The notes: generated from the sequence alone by a model not told the origin. A stretch of DNA of 64,000 nucleotides from Patescibacteria group bacterium (GCA_018830295.1 JAHJSM010000002.1:14598-78597); one strand, 5' to 3'. Positions 8,818 through 19,090 are shown, numbered from the stretch's first letter. Translations and numbers: made by a program.

Positions 8818-10617
8818 ATGAACTCAAAGGAAATTAGGCGGAGGTATTTGGAATTTTTTGAGGCGAGGGGGCATCGCGTTATTGGCGGGGCTTCTTTGAT
8901 TCCTGAAAATGATTCTTCCACGCTTTTTATCGGTTCGGGGATGCAGCCGCTTATACCGTATTTGCTTGGCGAAAAACATCCGAGCGGGACGCGGTTGGTT
9001 AATTCGCAGAAATGTTTTCGGGCGGAGGACATGGAGGAGGTGGGGGATAATCGCCACAATACTTTTTTTGAAATGCTTGGTAATTGGTCTTTGGGCGACT
9101 ATTTTAAAGAGGAGCAATTGGGATGGCTTTTTGAATTTTTAGTTGATGAATTAGGGTTTGACCCGTCGCGGATTTATGTTTCGGTTTATGGAGGGAATGA
9201 GGAAATTGGCGTTCCGAAGGATTTGGAGTCGGTTGAGATTTGGAAGAAATTGTTTGAAGGAGAGAGGATTTTCTATTACGGCGACGAGAAAAATTGGTGG
9301 TCGCGTTCGGGCGTTCCAGTTAAGATGCCTGTCGGCGAGCCAGGAGGACCCGATAGCGAATTATTTTACGATTTGGGCGCTCATTTGAAGCGGCATGAAA
9401 ATTCTGTTTGGAAAAATCAGCCCTGCCATATTAATTGCGATTGCGGGCGGTTTATTGAAGTTGGGAATAGTGTTTTTATGGAATATATCAAGACGGAAAA
9501 GGGCTTTGAAAAATTAAAACAAAGAAATGTTGATTTCGGCGGGGGACTGGAAAGAATGGCAATGGTGGCGCAAGGGAAGGATAATGTTTTTGAAACAGAT
9601 TTGTTTGTTAATATTTTGAATAAAATTGAGGAACTTTCGGGGGGCAAAAAATACAGGGATAATATGAAGTCGTTTGAGGTGATTGCCGACCACATTAAAG
9701 CGGCCGTCTTTATTATCGGTGATACGCGAGGCGTTTTACCGTCAAATCTCGGGCAAGGATATGTCGTTAGGCGGTTGATTCGCCGCGCGATTAGGTATGG
9801 TAGATTATTGGGAATTGACGGAGGCGACTGGATGAAAAAATTGGCAGCGGTTGTTTTGGACGACTACAAAGATGTTTATCCTGAATTAGACAAGAAAAGG
9901 GAATTTGTGATTAAAAATATAGTAGAAGAAGAAGAAAAATTCAGCAGGACGATAGAGAGAGGGTTGAAAGAATTTGAAAAAGTGGCGGGGGGCAAAATCA
10001 GCGGAATGGACGCTTTTAATTTGTATCAGAGTTATGGTTTTCCGATTGAAATGACGCGCGAGTTGGCGGAAGAAAAAGGGCTGGAAGTGGATGAAAATGG
10101 ATTTGGCGAGGAACTTAAAAAACACCAAGAACTGTCGCGAACTGCTTCGGCGGGCGAATTCAAAGGCGGGCTGGCGGACGCGGGCGAGGAAACTAAAAAA
10201 CTACACACGGCGGCGCATTTGCTTTTAGCGGCCTTGAGGAAGGTCTTAGGTGAGGGCGTGGAGCAAAAGGGAAGCAATATCACGGCGGAACGATTGCGGT
10301 TTGATTTTTCGTATTCGGATAAAATGACGGACGAGCAGAAAAAAGAAGTTGAGGATTTAGTCAACGAAGCGATTAAAAAAGATTTACCGGTAGTTTGCGA
10401 AGAAATGTCTTTGGAGGAAGCGAAAAAATCTGGCGCGGTCGGCGTTTTCGAATCCAAATATGGAGAAAAAGTTAAGGTTTATAAAATCGGAGATTTCTCA
10501 AAAGAAATTTGCGGAGGTCCGCATATAGAGCGAACAGGCGAATTGGGAGGATTTAAAATAGCAAAAGAGCAAAGTTCTTCGGCTGGCGTTCGGAGAATTA
10601 AGGCAGTTTTAAAATAA
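8818..10617 (+). CDS. alaS: Alanine--tRNA ligase, short form lacking C-Ala domain
   Basis: HNTFFEMLGNWSLGDYFK, DFGGGLER, HTAAHLL, EICGGPH, GVRRIKA. Confidence 0.95.
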   Translation: MNSKEIRRRYLEFFEARGHRVIGGASLIPENDSSTLFIGSGMQPLIPYLLGEKHPSGTRLVNSQKCFRAEDMEEVGDNRHNTFFEMLGNWSLGDYFKEEQLGWLFEFLVDELGFDPSRIYVSVYGGNEEIGVPKDLESVEIWKKLFEGERIFYYGDEKNWWSRSGVPVKMPVGEPGGPDSELFYDLGAHLKRHENSVWKNQPCHINCDCGRFIEVGNSVFMEYIKTEKGFEKLKQRNVDFGGGLERMAMVAQGKDNVFETDLFVNILNKIEELSGGKKYRDNMKSFEVIADHIKAAVFIIGDTRGVLPSNLGQGYVVRRLIRRAIRYGRLLGIDGGDWMKKLAAVVLDDYKDVYPELDKKREFVIKNIVEEEEKFSRTIERGLKEFEKVAGGKISGMDAFNLYQSYGFPIEMTRELAEEKGLEVDENGFGEELKKHQELSRTASAGEFKGGLADAGEETKKLHTAAHLLLAALRKVLGEGVEQKGSNITAERLRFDFSYSDKMTDEQKKEVEDLVNEAIKKDLPVVCEEMSLEEAKKSGAVGVFESKYGEKVKVYKIGDFSKEICGGPHIERTGELGGFKIAKEQSSSAGVRRIKAVLK

Positions 10618-10618
10618 T

Positions 10619-11116
10619 ATGAGGCAGGTATCGCTTTGTTTGTTATTAAAAGAAAATCAGGATAAAAGAGAGATACTTTTGGCGATGAAGAAAAGGGGAT
10701 TTGGCGAGGGGCGGTGGAATGGATGCGGCGGGAAAATAGATATAGAAAAAGGAGACAAGAATGTTCTGGATTCGGCTTTGCGTGAGACGGAGGAGGAAAT
10801 AGGGGTTAAGATAAAAAATCCGGAAAAAGTCGCCATAATAGATTTTCATTTTCCAGAGGTTCCAAAAGAGAAGGGCTTTGACCAGCAGGTTCATATTTTT
10901 TTAGTCAGGGATTGGGAAGGGGAGCCGACGGAAAGTGAGGAGATGGCGCCTAAGTGGTTTGGCATGGAAGAAATTCCTTTTGATAAAATGTGGGAGGACG
11001 ATAAACATTGGCTACCCTATGTTTTAGAAAACAAAAAATTGAGAGGAAAATTTGTCTTTGATAAAGAGGATAAAATAACCGAACAGGTGATTGAGTTAGT
11101 GGAAGCGGTGGAGTAG
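10619..11116 (+). CDS. NUDIX hydrolase (8-oxo-dGTPase/MTH1-like)
   Basis: KKRGFGEGRWNGCGGK, ALRETEEEIG, ESEEMAPKWF, MWEDD. Confidence 0.9.
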   Translation: MRQVSLCLLLKENQDKREILLAMKKRGFGEGRWNGCGGKIDIEKGDKNVLDSALRETEEEIGVKIKNPEKVAIIDFHFPEVPKEKGFDQQVHIFLVRDWEGEPTESEEMAPKWFGMEEIPFDKMWEDDKHWLPYVLENKKLRGKFVFDKEDKITEQVIELVEAVE

Positions 11117-11143
11117 ACAAAACAAAAAAAGGGAGAGATTAAA

Positions 11144-11180
11144 GATGGGGGCAGCCCCCGCAACGGGGGCTGCCCCCATC
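11144..11180. repeat. REP-like palindrome family A doublet
   Basis: GATGGGGGCAGCCCCCG-CAA-CGGGGGCTGCCCCCATC. Confidence 0.9.
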
Positions 11181-11230
11181 GGGCAATTAAAGGTCGGGGA
11201 GGGGGATATAAATATAAATAAATAAAAAAT

Positions 11231-12052
11231 ATGAATATAGATAAAATTGTTGAGATTAATGAGAAAATTAGGAAGGTGGACGGGAAGAAGATTGTTTCTC
11301 GGATTATTATCGGGCTGTTTCTTTTTATGCTTTTCTTTGGCGCTTTTGGGACGATTGGCGCGGGGGAGCGAGGGGTTTTGCTTCAATTTGGAGCGGTTAA
11401 AGATAAAGTTTTTGGCGAAGGGTTGTATATTAAAATTCCTTTTGTCCAGCAGGTGGTTACAATGGATGTCAAACTTCAGAAAGATGAAATTCCGGCGAGC
11501 GCTTCTTCTAAGGACTTGCAGATTGTGACATCAAAAATCGCTTTGAATTATCATTTAGATCCAGCATCGGTTAATAGGGTTTGGCAAGAAGTGGGGAAGA
11601 ATTATAACGCTCGGATTATCGCGCCATCTATTCAGGAAGCGGTTAAAGCGGAAACAGCCAAATTTACGGCGGAGGAGTTGATTACGAAAAGAGAAATAGT
11701 CAAAGAGCAGATTAAAGCAAATCTCGCAGAAAGATTATTAGAGAATTCTATTATAGTTGACGAATTCAATATTATTGATTTTAGTTTTTCAGCGGCGTTT
11801 AACGACGCGATTGAAGCGAAGGTGACCGCGGAGCAGTTGAAGTTGAAGGCAGAAAGAGATTTGGAGAGAATTAAGATTGAGGCGGACCAGAAAATTGCTG
11901 AAGCGGAAGGAAAGGCGATTGCGATTAGAATTGAAGCGCAAGCGCTTTTACAGAACGCCAAAGTGGTTGAGTTGCGATGGATAGAAAAATGGAATGGCGA
12001 AGTCCCTCAATACTGGGGGCAAGCAAGTCCGTTTATCGGACTTAATCAGTAA
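11231..12052 (+). CDS. Prohibitin/SPFH family membrane protein
   Basis: GERGVLLQFG, SKDLQIV, FSAAFNDAIEAKV, KWNG. Confidence 0.9.
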   Translation: MNIDKIVEINEKIRKVDGKKIVSRIIIGLFLFMLFFGAFGTIGAGERGVLLQFGAVKDKVFGEGLYIKIPFVQQVVTMDVKLQKDEIPASASSKDLQIVTSKIALNYHLDPASVNRVWQEVGKNYNARIIAPSIQEAVKAETAKFTAEELITKREIVKEQIKANLAERLLENSIIVDEFNIIDFSFSAAFNDAIEAKVTAEQLKLKAERDLERIKIEADQKIAEAEGKAIAIRIEAQALLQNAKVVELRWIEKWNGEVPQYWGQASPFIGLNQ

Positions 12053-12061
12053 AATAAGAAT

Positions 12062-12400
12062 ATGGAAAAGTATATAGAAAAAAGGCCTTGGGGGAGGTTT
12101 GAGAGGTTTTGTTTGAATCAACTTTGCACAGTGAAGATGATTTTTGTTTTGCCGGGGGAAGAGTTGAGTTTACAGAGGCATAATAAGAGGAGCGAGTTTT
12201 GGAGAGTTATTCGCGGCGGGGGAGAAATAACGGTTGGCGAGGCGGTTAAAAAAGCGGAAAAAGGAGAAGAATTTTTTATTGAGAAAAAAGCGAAGCATAG
12301 GGTTAAAGCGGGAGAAAAAGGAATTGAGATTTTGGAAATTTCTTTTGGGGAGTTTGATGAGGAGGACGAGGAGAGGTTAGAGGATAAGTATAAGAGATAA
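12062..12400 (+). CDS. Phosphomannose isomerase type II C-terminal cupin
   Basis: RPWGRF, LSLQRH..RSEFW, EISFGEFDEED..RLEDKY. Confidence 0.88.
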   Translation: MEKYIEKRPWGRFERFCLNQLCTVKMIFVLPGEELSLQRHNKRSEFWRVIRGGGEITVGEAVKKAEKGEEFFIEKKAKHRVKAGEKGIEILEISFGEFDEEDEERLEDKYKR

Positions 12401-14961
12401 TGCCGCAAAATAATAAGAAGACAATTTGTTTTGTCCACTATGGGATTGGTTGGAGAGATGGGGTGAATACAGTTATTAAGACCTTGGTTGATGGAATTCA
12501 GGAGGAGAATCCGCGGCTTGGGTTTCGTTTTATTGGAGGAGAAGTGAAAGAGCGATTTTTGGAAGGGGCTGATTATATAGAAATTCCCGAACTTTTGCCA
12601 GTAGAAGATGATTTAAATAAAAGCGAAATTGAAAAAAGGGGATTGGCGATTGCTCAAAAAATTGCCGAAGCGACAGAGGGGTCTGATGTCGTAGTAATTG
12701 AAAATCCTTTTGTCGGTGAATATCATTTGTCGGCAATGCTTGGTTTTTCTATTTACGCGAAGCAATTTAAGCCGTCTGGAACAAAAATATTTTTTAGAAT
12801 TCACGATTTGTATGTTGATAGTCCGCATTATCGCGACGGAGCGTGGAAATCTTTTTCTTCTTCGGAAATTGAAAATATTGTTAGGGGCGAAGGAGTTGAT
12901 GGTTTTTTAATCATTAATCACGAACTGAAGGAAAAATTAATTCAGGAAGGAGTTGCGGCAGAAAAAATATTTTATCTTTCAAATGGCGTTGATGGAGAAA
13001 AATTTAATCAACGATTAGAAAGCGAGGAGACCGAAGCAATTCGCGCGGGGCTGGGAATTTCAGACAAAGAGGCGAAGATTTTACTTTATCCTGTGCGAGT
13101 CGTGCCGAGAAAAAATATTGAAGAGGCGATTCTGCTTGTTAATTATGTTCGTCAAATTACGGGCGAAAACTATATTTTAGTTGTTCCAGGAAAAGTTGAT
13201 AAGTATGACCCCTTGAGCCAAGGTTATTATGATGTTTTGGAAAAAATTGTCTTGGTGGCCGGCTTTCCGATTATTTTTACAAAAAAGCCTTTGCCTTTGA
13301 AAAGAAGATACAGCGCGTCAGGGGCAGTTGAAGAGTATAGCGTTGGTGATTTATATCAAGCGTCTTTTGCTACGGTCATGACTAGTTTAAGAGAGGGGTT
13401 TGGTTATCCATTTTTAGAATGTTGGTTCGCGGGGAAAATTGTTGTTGGGCGAAGAATACAAAATATTGTTGACGATTTTGAAAAAAGCGGACTTTCTTTT
13501 GAATGGCTTTATGATAATTTTTTGCTTAATAATAGAGATGTCGTAAACGCCGAAGATGAGAAAAGTTTTAAGAGGGCAAAAAGGGTTTTGGAAATTTTTA
13601 GGGACAAGGAGCTGAAGGAGCGGATATTGGAGTTAAATAAAGATGATGTTTTGAAGCAAGTTGAAGTTTTGCGGGATAGGACGCGACGGGAGAAAATCAT
13701 TAAGGAGAATTTGGAGGCGGCTAAAAATATTTATGAAGTGTCGGAGGTCGCGAAACAATTTTTAGAGTTAATACAGGGGGCTGCCCCCGTTGCGGGGGCA
13801 GCCCCCTTGGGACATTACAAAAGTTGCGAGATTGTGGTTGGAATTCCTTCATATAACGAGGCGGATTCCATTTCTAATGTCGTGAAGGTGGTTGATGAGG
13901 GGCTTGTTAAATATTTTAGCGGTCGGCGGGCGGTGATTATTAACAGCGATAATAATTCTTCGGATGGAACGAGCGAAGTTTTTTTAGGGGTTAAAACGAA
14001 GACGCCTAAAATATATATTTCCACGCCGCCGGGCGTTAAAGGAAAGGGAAATAATTTTAGAAATTTATTTTTGAAAATGAAAGAATTGGGCGCGGACGCG
14101 ACGATGGTTGTTGACGCTGATTTGAAAAGCATTACTCCAGAATGGGTAAAATGTTTAATAGAGCCGATGATGGACGGCTATGATTACATCACGCCGATTT
14201 ACGCGCGCGATAAATATGACGGGTCTATTACGAATCATCTTTGCTATCCTATAGTTTATGGACTTTTGGGATATGATATTCGCCAACCGATTGGCGGGGA
14301 TTTTGGGTTTTCGGGGAGGATGGCTGATTACTGGCTGGAGCAAGAATGGACAGAGGAAGTTGGGAAGTTTGGAATTGATATTTTTATGACTATGAACGCG
14401 ATTAAGTTTGGCGCGAAGTTAGGACAGGTTGATTTGGGATTTAAAATTCATAAAACCAGCGCTCCGAAATTGGATAATATGTTTTTAGAAGTCGCGAGTT
14501 CTCTTTTTTCGTTTTTACCCAAAGAGAGAGCGGCGGAAATTCAAAAACCTCCCTTGGTTTGTAGTATTAGCGATGAAGAGGGTTTTTCTTTGGATGATTT
14601 TAACCAAAAAGAAAGTACGGCTCGCGAAAAAGAGGAAATTAACGAGAAAATAGCGGTGGAGTTTAAGGAGAATTATAGCGTTTTGAAGTCGTTTATTCCC
14701 GAAGAAATTCGCGTTGGTTTAGAGCGAGAGTTTTTTGAGGAAAAATCTTTTGGGATAGACGGCGAACTTTGGGCGAAATCGGTTTATTGTTTGTTGGGCG
14801 CTTTTAGGGATGGCGCGGATAAAAAGGCGGTATTAAAATTGTTAAGAGCGCTGTTTTTCGCGAGGAGGAATGTTTTTGTTGAGGAGATTAGAGGTAAGAG
14901 CTATAATGATTTAGAAAAGATAATTCAAAGAGAGGCGAATTATTTTTTGGATTTGTTGTAA
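12400..14961 (+). CDS. Fused glycosyltransferase: GT4-like N-terminal half plus glucosylglycerate-synthase-like (GT-A) C-terminal half
   Basis: PVRVVPRKNIE, SLREGFGYPFLE; then VVGIPSYNEA, VDAD, RDKYDGSITN, RQPIGGDFG. Confidence 0.8.
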   Translation: MPQNNKKTICFVHYGIGWRDGVNTVIKTLVDGIQEENPRLGFRFIGGEVKERFLEGADYIEIPELLPVEDDLNKSEIEKRGLAIAQKIAEATEGSDVVVIENPFVGEYHLSAMLGFSIYAKQFKPSGTKIFFRIHDLYVDSPHYRDGAWKSFSSSEIENIVRGEGVDGFLIINHELKEKLIQEGVAAEKIFYLSNGVDGEKFNQRLESEETEAIRAGLGISDKEAKILLYPVRVVPRKNIEEAILLVNYVRQITGENYILVVPGKVDKYDPLSQGYYDVLEKIVLVAGFPIIFTKKPLPLKRRYSASGAVEEYSVGDLYQASFATVMTSLREGFGYPFLECWFAGKIVVGRRIQNIVDDFEKSGLSFEWLYDNFLLNNRDVVNAEDEKSFKRAKRVLEIFRDKELKERILELNKDDVLKQVEVLRDRTRREKIIKENLEAAKNIYEVSEVAKQFLELIQGAAPVAGAAPLGHYKSCEIVVGIPSYNEADSISNVVKVVDEGLVKYFSGRRAVIINSDNNSSDGTSEVFLGVKTKTPKIYISTPPGVKGKGNNFRNLFLKMKELGADATMVVDADLKSITPEWVKCLIEPMMDGYDYITPIYARDKYDGSITNHLCYPIVYGLLGYDIRQPIGGDFGFSGRMADYWLEQEWTEEVGKFGIDIFMTMNAIKFGAKLGQVDLGFKIHKTSAPKLDNMFLEVASSLFSFLPKERAAEIQKPPLVCSISDEEGFSLDDFNQKESTAREKEEINEKIAVEFKENYSVLKSFIPEEIRVGLEREFFEEKSFGIDGELWAKSVYCLLGAFRDGADKKAVLKLLRALFFARRNVFVEEIRGKSYNDLEKIIQREANYFLDLL
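13775..13807. repeat. REP-like family A doublet inside a CDS (encodes GAAPVAGAAP)
   Basis: AGGGGGCTGCCCCCG-TTG-CGGGGGCAGCCCCCT at the domain junction. Confidence 0.9.
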
Positions 14962-15045
14962 AACTTAAAATGGTGTATAATTTAATAAGGTCGTACTAAA
15001 TTTAATAAATAAAAAAATAAAAAAATAAAATAAATAAACAAAAAT

Positions 15046-15756
15046 ATGAAAAAAATATTTATCTATACAGTTATTAGTTCGTTTGTTTTTGTCGCTCTTT
15101 GCTCGGTGGTTTATGGAGCGAACACAAATCAAGGAGATCAAACTCAAAATCAAGATCAAACCCAAACACAAGATCAAACTCAAACTCAAGACGGAGAAGG
15201 CATAATGATAATGACCCAAGAAAGACAACAGATTAAAGCTCAAACAAAGGTTGAGTTAAATCAAATGATACAAGAGAGAAAACAGGAAATGGATCAAGAG
15301 ATGGACGAAACAGAGGAAGATATTAAAGGAGTTTATCAAAATCAAAATCAAGTTAAATTAATGGTTCATTCTTTGCTTGCCTCCGAGGAATTGGTGGGTG
15401 GTATTGGTCCACAAGTTTCCGAAGTCGCGCGCGGGTTTAATAATTCGGTTCAGGCGACAATTCTGGCGGAGGAGAAAATTAATTCAAGAAGCAGATTGGT
15501 CAAGTTATTTATGGGCGGGGATGATGAGGCGGCAGATGAAATAGAGCAAGAAGTGAACGCGAATCACGCAAGAATTATGACGCTTAAGCAATTAATGACA
15601 CAATGTGAATGTGATGAAGAAGTTAGAAACACAATACAGGAGCAGATAATGAATACTGAACAAGAGCAGATTAGATTAGAGGAATTAGCTGCTGGCGAGA
15701 AAGCGAAAAAAGGATTATTTGGTTGGATGAAGAATATTTTTAGGTTTGGGAGGTAA
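15046..15756 (+). CDS. Secreted helical hypothetical protein with QTQ/QDQ repeats
   Basis: Signal peptide; repeated CAAGATCAAAC(T/C)CAA units; GGIGPQVSEVA. Confidence 0.75.
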   Translation: MKKIFIYTVISSFVFVALCSVVYGANTNQGDQTQNQDQTQTQDQTQTQDGEGIMIMTQERQQIKAQTKVELNQMIQERKQEMDQEMDETEEDIKGVYQNQNQVKLMVHSLLASEELVGGIGPQVSEVARGFNNSVQATILAEEKINSRSRLVKLFMGGDDEAADEIEQEVNANHARIMTLKQLMTQCECDEEVRNTIQEQIMNTEQEQIRLEELAAGEKAKKGLFGWMKNIFRFGR

Positions 15757-15761
15757 AAAAT

Positions 15762-16703
15762 ATGACTCAACAAAATAACGCGGCGAAATATGCTTTCTTC
15801 TATATGCTGTCTTTGGTGTCTTTGATTTTTATGTCCTTGGCGACGGGGATGATTGTTTTTCAGATTATCAATAAAAAAATAGTGGATGTAATCCAGTCCC
15901 GCGGTCAATTTTCGTCGGACCAGTTAAAATTCGCGATTTCGGCTTTAATAGTTTCGGCTCCTATTTTCTATATCACCGCGAGGCAGATTTTCAAGAATTT
16001 ATTTTCAGGCGCTTTAGACAAAGATTCTCAAATTCGCAAATGGCTGACTTATTTTATCTTGCTAATTTCTTCGGTCGTGATGACAGGGTGGCTTATCGCG
16101 GTTGTTAATGCTTTTTTGGACGGCGAATTAACTCTTAAATTTATCTTGAAGGCCTTGACGGCTATTGGCATCGCGGCGATTGTTTTTACATTTTATCTTT
16201 ACGATATTAAACGGGAAAATGTGATGGGAGCGAAAGATAATGTGATTCGGGCGTATTTTTACGGTTCGTTGGCAATTGTGATTGCTGTTTTTGCTTCGTC
16301 TCTTTTTATCGTGGAATCGCCGACAGCAACAAGGGATAGAAAAATGGACAATGAGGTTTTGTCAAAATTACAGAGTTTAGATAATTCTATTAGAAATTAT
16401 TATCTTGAAAACGAGAAATTGCCTGTTGATTTTGGAGAATTGATGGCGGAGTTTAGTTATTTGGGCTATTTGGGCGATAAAGATTTTGAGAATTCTGCGA
16501 CTGGCGAAAGGTTTGAATATATAGTTAAGGAAGAAAAAACTTTTGAACTTTGCGCTAATTTTAGAATATCCAATGAAGACGAATCGGATATTTCTCATGA
16601 CATTTACGGCAAAGAGTGGAGGCATGACGCGGGTCGTCAATGTTTTGAGCGGAAAATCAGAGAGACAGATATTATAGGCGAGCCGAGATTAAAAATTGAT
16701 TAA
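15762..16703 (+). CDS. DUF5671-like membrane protein
   Basis: Five TM helices, IRKWLTY, C-terminal FELCANF..W.H.AG..CF. Confidence 0.7.
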   Translation: MTQQNNAAKYAFFYMLSLVSLIFMSLATGMIVFQIINKKIVDVIQSRGQFSSDQLKFAISALIVSAPIFYITARQIFKNLFSGALDKDSQIRKWLTYFILLISSVVMTGWLIAVVNAFLDGELTLKFILKALTAIGIAAIVFTFYLYDIKRENVMGAKDNVIRAYFYGSLAIVIAVFASSLFIVESPTATRDRKMDNEVLSKLQSLDNSIRNYYLENEKLPVDFGELMAEFSYLGYLGDKDFENSATGERFEYIVKEEKTFELCANFRISNEDESDISHDIYGKEWRHDAGRQCFERKIRETDIIGEPRLKID

Positions 16704-16708
16704 ATTTT

Positions 16709-17503
16709 ATGTGGGAACAGATTGTTTTGGGCATTGTTCAAGGGGTTGTTGAGTGGTTGCCGGTTAGTTCGGAGGGCGTTATCTTTTTGGTCATTAAGAA
16801 TTTTTTTGACGCAGAGGCAGGAATGGGCGCGATTATTCATCGCGCCCTTTTTCTTCACTTAGGCACTTTTCTCGCCGCCTTGGTTTATTTCCGCAAAGAT
16901 GTCGCCTCATTATTTAAGGCGTTATTTAATTACAAATCATCTGATTTAGAAACGAAGAAGATTTTTAATTTTCTTTTGACCGCTACTCTGATTAGCGGTT
17001 TTTTAGGTTTTGTTTTAGTTAAAGCGTTTATCGTGTTAGAAGAGCAATTGGTTTTATCAGCGCAAGCGGTTACCGCGGCGGTCGGTTTACTTTTACTGAT
17101 TACGGGCTGGCTCCAAATAAAAACGAAAAAAGACGGAGTTAAAAAAGTTAAAGAATTAAGCGGAAGGGACGGGATTTTGCTTGGGTTGGTTCAGGGGTTC
17201 GCGGCGTTGCCTGGGTTGTCGCGTTCAGGGCTAACCGTCTCGGTTCTGCTTTTGAGAAAATTTAGCGGGGCAAGCGCTTTAAAGTTGAGTTTTCTAATGA
17301 GTTTGCCGATTGTTTTGGTCGGCAATCTTGTTTTAAATTTTAACGACTTCGCCTTTTCAAAAGAAGCGGCAGTCGGATTATTTTTCGCTTTTCTTTTCGG
17401 GATTTTAACCATTGACCTACTTCTAAAAATAGCCAAAAAATTTGAATTCGGCTGGTTCGTCTTGGGTTTTGGTATTTTGGTTGTTCTGTCGGCGATGGTT
17501 TGA
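16709..17503 (+). CDS. uppP: Undecaprenyl-diphosphate phosphatase
   Basis: QGVVEWLPVSSEG, LPGLSRSGLT, SFLMSLP. Confidence 0.9.
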   Translation: MWEQIVLGIVQGVVEWLPVSSEGVIFLVIKNFFDAEAGMGAIIHRALFLHLGTFLAALVYFRKDVASLFKALFNYKSSDLETKKIFNFLLTATLISGFLGFVLVKAFIVLEEQLVLSAQAVTAAVGLLLLITGWLQIKTKKDGVKKVKELSGRDGILLGLVQGFAALPGLSRSGLTVSVLLLRKFSGASALKLSFLMSLPIVLVGNLVLNFNDFAFSKEAAVGLFFAFLFGILTIDLLLKIAKKFEFGWFVLGFGILVVLSAMV

Positions 17504-17506
17504 GAT

Positions 17507-17533
17507 TAATTCGGCTATAGGATAGCCGAATTA
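17507..17533. repeat. Palindrome family B, copy 3
   Basis: TAATTCGGCTAT-AGG-ATAGCCGAATTA. Confidence 0.75.
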
Positions 17534-17597
17534 TTTGCGGCTGGGTCTGAATGACTTGGCCGCTTTTTTGTTTTTTGAGGGGTTTAAATCACAATTC

Positions 17598-17657
17598 AAG
17601 GTCAGACCTTCTGAGCGCGACCTTCGGAAATGTCGCTACTCGAAAGGTCTGACCTTT
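17598..17657. repeat. Palindrome family C doublet (AAGGTCWGACCTT)
   Basis: AAGGTCAGACCTT ... AAGGTCTGACCTT; related AAAAGGTCTAACCTTTT near 28118. Confidence 0.6.
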
Positions 17658-17737
17658 AATTGCTGAGAGCGACTTTTGAGGACTAATACTGGGGATAATT
17701 TGTTGTTTTTGGTTGGGTTTTGTGGTAGAATTTTTAT

Positions 17738-18235
17738 ATGGCTTCTAAGAAAAAATTGGTTAAGGAGTTGGAGGGGTTGACGGGGCGGTTTATTGAGCCG
17801 AAGGGGAGAGGCGCGCTTTTTGCTTCTTTGGAAGGGGATAAGACGGAGTGGTTTCAGTGGGTCTCGCAGATGAGAATGGTTTTGAAGGGACTAGATAAGG
17901 CGGACGCTTTGAAGTTTTCAGGGTTTTTATTGCTTTTGGAGAGGGACGCCGAAAGTCGTTTTCATCAGGATAATTTAAAAAAGTTTTTAATAGAGAAAAC
18001 GGAATTTTATAAATATTACGATTTTGATTTGGATAAGGAGTTGAATAAGCAGAAGATAGCGAGGAAAAATCTTTGGACGAGCAAAATTTTAAGGATGTTT
18101 ATTAGTCGTTCTTTTTTGGGGATTTTGATTTTGGCGATGGTTCTTGGGTTTATTGGTTGGTTTTACGCGGATAAGGAGAGTTGTTTGGAATTTGTTCAAA
18201 AGGTTGTCGGACCGTTTTTTAAGGCAATAAATTAA
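17738..18235 (+). CDS. Hypothetical protein with C-terminal TM helix
   Basis: 165-aa ORF with host-like codon style, co-oriented with neighbours. Confidence 0.7.
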   Translation: MASKKKLVKELEGLTGRFIEPKGRGALFASLEGDKTEWFQWVSQMRMVLKGLDKADALKFSGFLLLLERDAESRFHQDNLKKFLIEKTEFYKYYDFDLDKELNKQKIARKNLWTSKILRMFISRSFLGILILAMVLGFIGWFYADKESCLEFVQKVVGPFFKAIN

Positions 18236-18236
18236 G

Positions 18237-18271
18237 ATGGGGGCAGCCCCCGTTGCGGGGGCTGCCCCCAT
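18237..18271. repeat. REP-like palindrome family A doublet
   Basis: ATGGGGGCAGCCCCCG-TTG-CGGGGGCTGCCCCCAT. Confidence 0.9.
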
Positions 18272-18289
18272 TAGATAATTAATAAAAAT

Positions 18290-19090
18290 ATGAAAAACTT
18301 TTGTAGGGAAGATTTTAAAAATTGCGGGCATAAGGTTTTATGCGCGCTGGCTGGTGTTTTGATTTTGTTTTTGGGGGTTTTGACTGTTTCGGCCGCGGTT
18401 GGGATTAGCAATAAAATCAAAGAAGGGAGATACATTGGGCAGGAAATAGAATCAAAAAATACGATTACTGTTTCGGGGCAGGCGGAGGTTTATGCCAAGC
18501 CGGATTTGGCTTTGGTTGTTTTTTCGGTTGTGACAGAAGCGAAAACGGTCGCGCAGGCGATGACGCAAAACACTTCTAAAATGAATGCGGTGATTGATTC
18601 TGCGAAGGGGATGGGCGTTGAGGAGAAGGATTTAAAAACAACATCTTTTAATATTTATCAGCGATATGAATATCGGACGAGCAGTCTTTATCCATCAGGG
18701 AATAGGGTTTTAGTTGGATATGAGGTTTCGCAGTCGCTTCAGGTCAAGATTAGGGATTTAGGGAAAATCGGGCAAATTATTGAAGGGGCAACTGACGCGG
18801 GGGCGAACCAGGTTGGAAATTTACAATTTACGATTGATGACCAAGACGCGCTAAAGGCGCAAGTAAGGGAAGAGGCGATTAAATCGGCGCGCGCGAAGGC
18901 GGAGAAAATAGCCGATGAACTTGGAGTGAGCTTAGTTCGTATTGTTGGGTTTAGCGAAAACTTGGCGGCGGTTCGTTATGATTACGCTTTGAAGGCGGAG
19001 GCCATGGGCGGAGGGGGAGAGGTTCCGCAGATAGAGACGGGGGAGAATAAGGTGGAGACGACGGTGAGTGTTGTTTATGAGATTAATTAA
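18290..19090 (+). CDS. SIMPL (DUF541) domain protein
   Basis: TITVSGQAEVYAKPDLA, AGANQVGNLQF, VSVVYEI. Confidence 0.9.
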   Translation: MKNFCREDFKNCGHKVLCALAGVLILFLGVLTVSAAVGISNKIKEGRYIGQEIESKNTITVSGQAEVYAKPDLALVVFSVVTEAKTVAQAMTQNTSKMNAVIDSAKGMGVEEKDLKTTSFNIYQRYEYRTSSLYPSGNRVLVGYEVSQSLQVKIRDLGKIGQIIEGATDAGANQVGNLQFTIDDQDALKAQVREEAIKSARAKAEKIADELGVSLVRIVGFSENLAAVRYDYALKAEAMGGGGEVPQIETGENKVETTVSVVYEIN

